This document shows, piece after piece, positions 7,714 to 14,666 of a stretch of DNA of 32,000 bases (its first letter is position 1; every line of letters starts with the position of its first letter). The notes beneath the pieces were generated by a model. That model saw only the letters and a program-made list of their open reading frames with translations. It made no database searches and was not told the origin of the DNA. The position numbers and the translations under genes are program-made. Origin of the DNA: Escherichia coli (lineage in GTDB: Bacteria > Pseudomonadota > Gammaproteobacteria > Enterobacterales > Enterobacteriaceae); the NCBI RefSeq assembly GCF_041003625.1, contig NZ_CP162987.1; one strand, given 5' to 3'.

Positions 7714-10065
7714 TTAAAAAACATCATAACCCCCCATACCGATCAGACGGGCAAACGCAGCCTGTAGAACTCCGACCTCTGGTAGTTCGTAGAACACGCC
7801 ATTCCCTCGGTCTGGTCTTCCATGCTTCACCAGCCCCATTTGTGCAAGTGATTTACCCAGTAGTGATCTGGCTGCTGGCTCTTTAAGCTTTTCCCCACGC
7901 TCAAGCGACCACGCTACAAATCGACTAACCATATCCTTTGCAAACAAACGGACTTCGCCATTAAACGGAGGTTCATTGATTAGCTCGCCATAAAGAAACA
8001 ATTCAACGCCAGACAGCCCCAGCAAGATTTCTTCACGTAAGGCATCGGTCTGTGGCGCTCGTTGAGGGTCAAAACCTGAGAGATCCACCCCTTTAAGATG
8101 CCAAAGCAACTTTGCGGCACCGCCATCATTAAGCCAACTGTACAGCCGATCAAAATACTCCCGACTCTGTGCTTTTTCAGGAGATGGCTCAAGCACGAGA
8201 TAGCGACGCTCTCTTATCCCTGCCTGTAATACCTGTGTGCTGTTACTGGCAAATATCAACCGGGCAAAATTCGGCATTGGTTCAGCATCAATTCCCTTGC
8301 GCTCAAGGTTAAACGTCGGTTCGCTAATAATCGCTTTAAGTCTGTCAGCTTCAGACGGCTTGTGGATCGTCACTTCGTCAGCAAATACCAGTAGCTTGTT
8401 AGCAAGTATTGAATTGAAGCGCCCTGAAATATGTCCCGCCCCGTTAATGTGGGCGGCGTACTGCCCCAGTATTTGCAGCAGCGGTTTAACCGTTGTGCCT
8501 TTCCCTGTGCCCGGGACAGATTTCATCACGATTGCCACGGACGGTTTTTCATCAGGCTTTTGGATAATGTGCGCCATCCACTGGATAAGATATTGGTATG
8601 CCTCCTCATTACCGGCACAGACAACCTGCAACAGGTGATTAAGGTATACCGTGCAATCTCCTTCAATTGGTTCCAGTGCCAGCCCCTCATACAGATTAAA
8701 AACATCGTCAGGGCATTTGTCTGGTACTGGATAAAATCCTACGCCTCCTGGCTTGTAGTTCTTCCCACTCCATGACAGCCACGCCGATCCCGCCAGCTTT
8801 CTGGCGACTCTCGGTTTATGATGAAAATAATGCTGAAATTGTGATAAATCCTCGAAAACGTGCGATACACCGCCGGTTTGAGAAGGCTTTAGCGACACCA
8901 CCTTGTGTTTCCCGCCGATGGTGACATGCGTAAACGTCCGGTTGATTTCTTCGAGGACAGCAATTTCATCATCGCTTAACACCTCGCCAGAACTGATCTC
9001 ATTCAGCGCCCCGACTGACTGTTTGTGATTTTTCACCTGCGCCCCTTTCCCCCGTGGCTGGTACATCGAATCTTTAAATGCTGCTGTGGCTGCCGCCAGC
9101 CCGTGTTGTTGGTGATAGTCGTTCCAGTCGGCTTTATAGTCAGTCGGTGGCAGAGACACCCAGCCAGCTACGGAAATAGCGGCCCTCTCTGCGGCATCTT
9201 TCCCCGTGTTGATCCCTCCACTTTCTGAGTCTCCTTGCTGGTGATCGTTATCTGCGGCAATGATTATTTGTGCCTGCGGATATGTTCTGCGCATGACTTC
9301 CGCTACTGGCAACAGGTTGCCAGCGTCGATTGCTGCCACTGTCATTGCGTCAGGGCGAATTAAATGGCACGACAGGGCGGTAGCCACCCCCTCAGCAATT
9401 ATGATGCTGTGAGGTCGTTTCTGTGCGTTTATGGCGTGATATGCCCCCCGCTTTGCCGAACCTGTCAGGAGTCTTTTTTCACCATGTGGGGTAATAGTCT
9501 GTGCTGCTGTGACTGCGCCGGATTTATCCACCAGCGCCAGCAACAGAGATCCATCGGGCAACACGGGGAATGTAAAATCACCTACCCCTTTCGCAACCAG
9601 ATAATCAGATTTGCCGTTTACAGCCTTTCTGCGCATGTCATCAAACTGACGGGAAAACGTATCCCGTCTTTGTTGTTCGTCCTTCTCTGCCCTTTTCAGG
9701 CGCTCCTGTTCGCGTCGCTGGCGCTCGGTTTCCAGTTGTTCCCGTTTCTGGCTGGTGGCTTCTGGTGTTTCCGTTGTCCGGTAATCAATACCCAGAACAT
9801 CAGCGGCAAGAAGCGCCGCCTCTGTTGTGTCGCAGTTATTTACGCGTTTAATTAAATCCAGCCCATCACCAGCGCCGCACTGATTACAGATGAAGCTACC
9901 GCGCCCGTTGTCATCGAACCGGAATCGATCTTTGCCCCCACATGCAGGGCAGGGAGCATGACGGCGCGGAGAGTCAGGGACATTTATGTTCAGGCAGCCC
10001 AGCACATGAGGCCAGTTGTTTTCAGACGCACTGATAACCTGACGGATAAGATCAATGTTTCGCAT
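7714..10065 (-). CDS. P4 alpha-type DNA primase/helicase (zinc-binding, TOPRIM, SF3 helicase regions)
   Basis: 783 aa; zinc finger 'CPACGGKDRFRFDDNGRGSFICNQCGAGDGLDLIKR', TOPRIM 'IIIAEGVATALS', Walker A-like 'KSVPGTGKGT'. Confidence 0.95.
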   Translation of the reverse strand: MRNIDLIRQVISASENNWPHVLGCLNINVPDSPRRHAPCPACGGKDRFRFDDNGRGSFICNQCGAGDGLDLIKRVNNCDTTEAALLAADVLGIDYRTTETPEATSQKREQLETERQRREQERLKRAEKDEQQRRDTFSRQFDDMRRKAVNGKSDYLVAKGVGDFTFPVLPDGSLLLALVDKSGAVTAAQTITPHGEKRLLTGSAKRGAYHAINAQKRPHSIIIAEGVATALSCHLIRPDAMTVAAIDAGNLLPVAEVMRRTYPQAQIIIAADNDHQQGDSESGGINTGKDAAERAAISVAGWVSLPPTDYKADWNDYHQQHGLAAATAAFKDSMYQPRGKGAQVKNHKQSVGALNEISSGEVLSDDEIAVLEEINRTFTHVTIGGKHKVVSLKPSQTGGVSHVFEDLSQFQHYFHHKPRVARKLAGSAWLSWSGKNYKPGGVGFYPVPDKCPDDVFNLYEGLALEPIEGDCTVYLNHLLQVVCAGNEEAYQYLIQWMAHIIQKPDEKPSVAIVMKSVPGTGKGTTVKPLLQILGQYAAHINGAGHISGRFNSILANKLLVFADEVTIHKPSEADRLKAIISEPTFNLERKGIDAEPMPNFARLIFASNSTQVLQAGIRERRYLVLEPSPEKAQSREYFDRLYSWLNDGGAAKLLWHLKGVDLSGFDPQRAPQTDALREEILLGLSGVELFLYGELINEPPFNGEVRLFAKDMVSRFVAWSLERGEKLKEPAARSLLGKSLAQMGLVKHGRPDRGNGVFYELPEVGVLQAAFARLIGMGGYDVF

Positions 10066-10077
10066 TCTGGCCCCCGT

Positions 10078-10680
10078 TTAGTGCGTCACTGGTGCTTCTG
10101 GGATGCCGTTTTCGTTTAGTTCGGCAATAAAGCTGTTGTGAAGATCGGCAAGCACTTCTCGCCCAAACGAAGTGAGTGTTCCCTGTTCGACATCGAACAT
10201 GTTGCTGTAAAAAATGATGGCATTCTTTGTTCCGACATCAACACCATATTTCTCGATCATTGCGCCCTCAATGTTGTTTGCCATAGCGAGGCGCTCTGCT
10301 ACTGGATACAGCGGCATGGCGACGATGCCATTGGAATAAACAGAAACCACGGAATGATTGCCACTGTCATCAATAATGCTGACGGTGCCGTTTTCCTTTC
10401 TCATTTCATTGATGAATGCTGTTGCTATCAGCCAGCGCCACATAATCACGTGATGCTGTGATGTGTAATCGAAATATCCCTGGTTGCCGCCACTGGCAAT
10501 AGCGAGATGTATAAACATGCCTTCATCTGGTTTATCGTCATAATCCCCGGCATCCAGACGATTTACGGCATCAATATATGAGACGGTCTCAACGCGTTCT
10601 GTCATGCCATCGTTGCTGCGGTGCATGATGTTTACGCCGTCAGGCGTTGCTTCTGCATGGAAAGTTAAGAAATTATTCAT
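10078..10680 (-). CDS. Hypothetical phage/satellite protein
   Basis: ORF 10078-10785; likely start MNNFLTFHAEATPDGVNIMH at 10680, overlapping the upstream gene end at 10673. Confidence 0.6.
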   Translation of the reverse strand: MNNFLTFHAEATPDGVNIMHRSNDGMTERVETVSYIDAVNRLDAGDYDDKPDEGMFIHLAIASGGNQGYFDYTSQHHVIMWRWLIATAFINEMRKENGTVSIIDDSGNHSVVSVYSNGIVAMPLYPVAERLAMANNIEGAMIEKYGVDVGTKNAIIFYSNMFDVEQGTLTSFGREVLADLHNSFIAELNENGIPEAPVTH

Positions 10681-10894
10681 GTTTCGCCTCGCCTGAATGA
10701 TTCTGTAACTCATATTTGCCCAACAATTCGTCTGCTTCCTGAATAGCTTCTGGTACGCCATTGAGCAGTGACATAACCGCGCCAATCATTAACTTGTCTC
10801 TGTTGCTGGGGCTGGCCCCTTCAAGCCAGAACCCTAAAACAGTCTGAACCTGTTCGATGCGACATTGCGCTTCAATGAGCTGGATGTTGGTCAT
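10673..10894 (-). CDS. Hypothetical protein (73 aa)
   Basis: Operon ORF with short overlaps at both ends. Confidence 0.55.
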   Translation of the reverse strand: MTNIQLIEAQCRIEQVQTVLGFWLEGASPSNRDKLMIGAVMSLLNGVPEAIQEADELLGKYELQNHSGEAKHE

Positions 10895-11154
10895 TTCGCA
10901 CTCTCCACATCGATTAAACCGATATCTATCAGGGAGGTAACTTTTTGTAGCCAGCTATTGATTACTGTCGCCTGTTCCCCTCCCACCGAGGGAACAATCT
11001 CATTCATCACATGAACCAGACCTGTGCGCGCTCTGGTAAGCCGTTCAGTCGCGCAATCTGCGGGAGTGAATGTGTCTGGATATGGCTCTTCGCGCCCCAG
11101 CAATGATTCAATTTCCAGCTCACACGGATGACGATAAATTAAGTTGATATTCAT
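10891..11154 (-). CDS. Hypothetical protein (87 aa)
   Basis: Operon ORF with 4-nt start/stop overlaps. Confidence 0.55.
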   Translation of the reverse strand: MNINLIYRHPCELEIESLLGREEPYPDTFTPADCATERLTRARTGLVHVMNEIVPSVGGEQATVINSWLQKVTSLIDIGLIDVESAK

Positions 11155-11345
11155 TTTTCACCCCCAAGAATTACCAGCTCGGCACGGGCATCGTTAACCA
11201 AAGATGAGCACGCTTTAATCGCATCCACGACATCAGCAGCGTCCATTTCTTCAGCCGAAAGACTGACAGCAACCAGGACAGCCGCTGCTTGCTCGATTAA
11301 TTGAAGTGCGGACGTAAGGCGAGGGGTATTAATTGAGTTATTCAT
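11151..11345 (-). CDS. Hypothetical protein (64 aa)
   Basis: Operon ORF with a 4-nt overlap with the 87-aa gene. Confidence 0.5.
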   Translation of the reverse strand: MNNSINTPRLTSALQLIEQAAAVLVAVSLSAEEMDAADVVDAIKACSSLVNDARAELVILGGEK

Positions 11346-12366
11346 TGGTTGCCCCCGTTTTTACTGGCATTTCGCCACCTTCCAGCAGGAAATGAACGTC
11401 ACGAACGGCGAGATCCAATATCGCGAGTAACGCCTTCAGTCTTTCGTCTCGTGAGGGAGAGTTGCTCACCAGAATGTCGTTAATCACTTCTGTCAGTGTG
11501 ATGATCTGGCTTGTGCGTTCGAGGGGATCCATATGCACATCGTAGGTTTTAATCATGTGCCACCTCCATGCGGATACGACCAGCAAAAAAGCAGACGTGA
11601 TCGCGCACCAGAGAACGGCGAGCATCGCGTTCAGACTCGGCAGCAATATGATGAATTTTGGCGGTAATTGTCGGGCAATCGCGGCGAACTGCGGCGATAA
11701 TCCAGATAAATTGCGGTTTTTGGGTAGGGGTAGTAGCCAGCATGTGGCAGCCTCCTTGATTGATGGTTTATAGCCACCGCCCAAGAGACCAATCTTGCTG
11801 GCGGTGGACTGTACGGAGTTGGCCTTACTGGCAATCAAGGAAACCAGCCTACCCGAAGGTAGCCCCATACAGCCCACCATTGATAAGGTGTGCGTGTGCG
11901 CCGATACAAAAAAAGACGCTGGCGCGTCATGTATCGCCTCGATTGTCAGCGGGAGGCCAATCCCGGCACCCGTTTTATGAGGTGCCTTATAACCATAAAC
12001 CGTGTTGCCGCATAACGGCAAGCTCTTTTTTATGGACTCCGAAAACTCACTATTGGAAGCACCAGATGCACAATACATCGCGCTCATTTCGTTAACGTCA
12101 CGCGCATGGACGAAGGTTTTTGTGGAGTCACTACACGAGCGGAAGACATCATCTACGACCAGAAATTTTCTGGCGCAGCCGCTGACCTTCTCAATGCTAA
12201 TATCATCGCCCGAGATTTCTGGTATGGTTAAGGCATCCGTTCCGACCACCAGCAAATGATAAACTTTGCTTGTATCTGCTGTATTAATGCCTGACTTTGC
12301 CGTCATATTGCTGGATTTTGGCGACATACCAGCCAGTGAAAATGTCTTCTTCTGGACGGGTATCAT
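11338..12366 (-). CDS. Ash-family phage protein (P4 Ash-like)
   Basis: 342-aa ORF containing '[32 protein letters not shown]', the Ash-family signature; exact start uncertain. Confidence 0.65.
   Translation of the reverse strand: MIPVQKKTFSLAGMSPKSSNMTAKSGINTADTSKVYHLLVVGTDALTIPEISGDDISIEKVSGCARKFLVVDDVFRSCSDSTKTFVHARDVNEMSAMYCASGASNSEFSESIKKSLPLCGNTVYGYKAPHKTGAGIGLPLTIEAIHDAPASFFVSAHTHTLSMVGCMGLPSGRLVSLIASKANSVQSTASKIGLLGGGYKPSIKEAATCWLLPLPKNRNLSGLSPQFAAIARQLPPKFIILLPSLNAMLAVLWCAITSAFLLVVSAWRWHMIKTYDVHMDPLERTSQIITLTEVINDILVSNSPSRDERLKALLAILDLAVRDVHFLLEGGEMPVKTGATNE
11549..11743 (-). CDS. Host cell division inhibitor Icd-like protein, nested out of frame in the ash ORF
   Basis: 64 aa '[50 protein letters not shown]', the typical Icd-like pattern. 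Confidence 0.6.
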   Translation of the reverse strand: MLATTPTQKPQFIWIIAAVRRDCPTITAKIHHIAAESERDARRSLVRDHVCFFAGRIRMEVAHD

Positions 12367-12542
12367 TGGTTAACCTCCGCGAACTCCTTCATGAAACGCG
12401 CCAGCGGTTGTACGCATGGCGATTGATACCCGTCGCGATAAAACGTCACTCGGTTGTGAGACACGCTTTCGACAGTAACGAGTGCTCCGTGGGCATCTTT
12501 GTAGCGTTTTTGAGGTTGTGGTGTTCCTGTTGGCTTAGACAT
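12363..12542 (-). CDS. DUF4222-like phage protein
   Basis: 'KRYKDAHGALVTVESVSHNRVTFYRDGYQSPCVQPLARFMKEF'; likely start MSKPTGTPQP at 12542. Confidence 0.7.
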   Translation of the reverse strand: MSKPTGTPQPQKRYKDAHGALVTVESVSHNRVTFYRDGYQSPCVQPLARFMKEFAEVNQ

Positions 12543-13368
12543 TGACCGCCTCCAGACGCTTGGCGAGCCAGCGTTGCGACAGGCGGGTGAGTTCTCCTTT
12601 GCGCTGCTCATATTCCATGCCCATATCAATTAACGTGATATTGGTGCTTTCGAGATATGAGAGGTGCTCAAGTTGTTCTGCGTTCATATGGTCGCGAGGT
12701 TCGCCAGAATAGCCATTTATCCGCGCCCACTGCTTAGCAGTTAGCCCACCAAGAACGATACGAGAAATCATATTGCTCTCGTTTGTGTAGTGGTGTTGCT
12801 GCGTCATTTTCCCCTGCTCGGCACGGGCCATATTCAGCGCATCGCACATTGGCTTAAAGTTGTTTGCGGCACTGATACGGGCTTTTAGCTGGCGACGATA
12901 GCGGGCGGCGATTTCAGGCACGCTACGCTGTAATTCTTCCTCGCACTGGATGAAATAACGACGGATAGCGCGACCCTGATCATTGCGTTCGATCATTGCC
13001 AGTTCTTTCGCCATTCCGACACTTAACAGATAGTCTTTGCCGGGTCTGCCAGACTGCTTAATCTTGCTGTAAGCCGCGCCATTCGGGCTTTTCCCCAAAT
13101 TTGGGGAAATTGTTTTATGGACTGAGTAATCGTGCCCAATGGTGAAGTCATATTCAGAGATGCGATCAGTGATCCATGTAGAGAAGTCTTTTCCCACGCC
13201 CAACGCTTTGTGTAACGCTTTTGCGCTAACAATATTGGTTTCACGCCCACCGATATGACCAGGAATAACCGGGACAATTGCGGCAAATTCATTACCGTTA
13301 ATTGTGCCCAGAGAGGCGTTCAGATGAGGGGCGGCCTCAGAAATTAATCTGCTTTTTTCGATGTTCAT
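12535..13368 (-). CDS. AntA/AntB-type phage antirepressor
   Basis: 277 aa; 'IVSAKALHKALGVGKDFSTWITDRISEYDFTIGHDY', 'GRPGKDYLLSVGMAKELAMIERNDQGRAIRRYFIQCEEEL'. Confidence 0.85.
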   Translation of the reverse strand: MNIEKSRLISEAAPHLNASLGTINGNEFAAIVPVIPGHIGGRETNIVSAKALHKALGVGKDFSTWITDRISEYDFTIGHDYSVHKTISPNLGKSPNGAAYSKIKQSGRPGKDYLLSVGMAKELAMIERNDQGRAIRRYFIQCEEELQRSVPEIAARYRRQLKARISAANNFKPMCDALNMARAEQGKMTQQHHYTNESNMISRIVLGGLTAKQWARINGYSGEPRDHMNAEQLEHLSYLESTNITLIDMGMEYEQRKGELTRLSQRWLAKRLEAVNV

Positions 13369-13380
13369 TTTCAGTCTCCG

Positions 13381-13812
13381 TTAGGCGGCGTTAAACGCGT
13401 CCGGGTAGAGTTTCAGAATGTCGGCAATTTCCTGCTGAGAAAGTCCGTTGTGATCATTTATGCTCGCAAGATGGTTAACATGAGTGATCACTTTCAGAAC
13501 ATCACCACGGCAGGAGAAACGGTAGCGAAGGTGTGTTCCGATACCATCAGGATTCTTTTCGTCGATACGCTCCAGAGTGATTCCAAGCTGGCGTTCTAAC
13601 TCTGTTGCATAGTTACGACCAGAAGACAGACGGCAGTAGCGAAGAATGTCATTTTCTGTCCATCCCTCTATACCAGTACGCAGCATATAGACTCTGGCAC
13701 GATGCTTTTTCGGTGTGCGCTTTGGTGCTTGAAGGGATTTTGTCAGGGGCGTAACATCAGATACGCGAATATCTGAATTAGCCGCCTGTAATGGGCGGTT
13801 TTTCTTTTCCAT
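13381..13812 (-). CDS. Hypothetical phage protein
   Basis: 143-aa ORF between the antirepressor and alpA genes; abuts alpA at 13812. Confidence 0.6.
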   Translation of the reverse strand: MEKKNRPLQAANSDIRVSDVTPLTKSLQAPKRTPKKHRARVYMLRTGIEGWTENDILRYCRLSSGRNYATELERQLGITLERIDEKNPDGIGTHLRYRFSCRGDVLKVITHVNHLASINDHNGLSQQEIADILKLYPDAFNAA

Positions 13813-14015
13813 CAGGCCACCTCGTCTCTAGATTCTAATATACACTTCTCAATCCATTCATCTATTTCAGACTCAACAAAAGCAATTGCCCGACTTCCAA
13901 TTTTTACCTGTTTAGGGAACCTCCCCTGACTAATAAGACGATAAATCCATGCTTTGCTATAACCAGTTCGCCTTTGAACTTCAGAGAGACGAATTAATGA
14001 ATTGTAATTAGCCAT
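13812..14015 (-). CDS. AlpA-family transcriptional regulator
   Basis: 67 aa 'LIRLSEVQRRTGYSKAWIYRLISQGRFPKQVKIGSRAIAFVESEIDEWI'. Confidence 0.95.
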   Translation of the reverse strand: MANYNSLIRLSEVQRRTGYSKAWIYRLISQGRFPKQVKIGSRAIAFVESEIDEWIEKCILESRDEVA

Positions 14016-14101
14016 TTATTAATATCCTGTACTAATGACGCAATAACTCCCTCCTGCAACGAATGGCGAGAGTTTTATTTGCATCAAATGTCGAATACGC
14101 C

Positions 14102-14136
14102 AAAGACCACAATATGAAAAACATATTGCGGTCTTT
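14102..14136. terminator. Long hairpin in the leader upstream of alpA; terminator-like, mainly in + orientation
   Basis: AAAGACCaCAATATG-AAAAA-CATATTGcGGTCTTT, 15-nt arms with one mismatch, followed on + by TTTT. Confidence 0.5.
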
Positions 14137-14180
14137 TATAAAAGATAGTCAGATTGTTTTGGTTTGTTTGCTCCACAAGG

Positions 14181-14580
14181 GTAGAGCTACCCTGCATTTC
14201 GGCAGGATCACGCTATTAGGCGTGACATCCAGTAGTTTTAAAGAACGCCCTTTTTCAGGGCATGGTGGGCAGGCAAGAGAGCAATTGCGCTTTGTCAGCG
14301 CCGTAGATTCATATTTGAATCATTGTATGTTTCCCGATAGAAATCTATCGGTCACTGCGGGACGAACCATCCCGCCCACATCAATGTTAAAGAGCAATTG
14401 CGCTTTGTCAGCGATCCGCAGCCTCATGGATGAATCATTACATGCATTGTAAAGGTGCATGTATCCCTATTCTTTCCTGCATCAGGAAAGCACCAAAGGC
14501 TGTTAAAGAGCATCCAGCTTTTCAGCTGCGTAGAAGATTCCATCTTCGTTGTTAAAAGAGCGATTGCCCTTCTCCAGGGC
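14181..14580 (-). promoter_or_regulatory. Tandem array of nut-like (boxA/boxB) antitermination elements and hairpins in the alpA-operon leader
   Basis: Minus strand: GCCCTGGAGAAGGGC (14566-14580), CGCTCTTTTAACA (14550-14562), TGCTCTTTAACA (14501-14512 and 14385-14396), TCGCTGACAAAGCGC (14400-14414), GCGCTGACAAAGCGC (14287-14301), TTGCTCTCTTGC (14273-14284), GCCCTGAAAAAGGGC (14247-14261), GTTCTTTAAAAC (14235-14246). Confidence 0.8.
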
Positions 14581-14666
14581 TAACTGTTAAATAGTAATCC
14601 TCTGTGAGTTTTTATCAATCTACTCCCCTATACTTTAGTAAACCTCTGTATACTTGTCCAGTTGTT

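Noticed and set aside
9364-9855. 163-aa plus-strand ORF
   Set aside because: Entirely antisense to the conserved primase coding region.
14063-14452. 129-aa plus-strand ORF across the leader
   Set aside because: It lies antisense over the hairpin/boxA-boxB array and is Cys/Ser-rich with no family resemblance; the RNA structure explains the region better.
14181-14580. Interpretation of the hairpin array as a CRISPR array or integron
   Set aside because: Spacings are irregular, repeats are short and embedded in inverted repeats, and no cas or intI gene is nearby; boxA/boxB content fits antitermination better.
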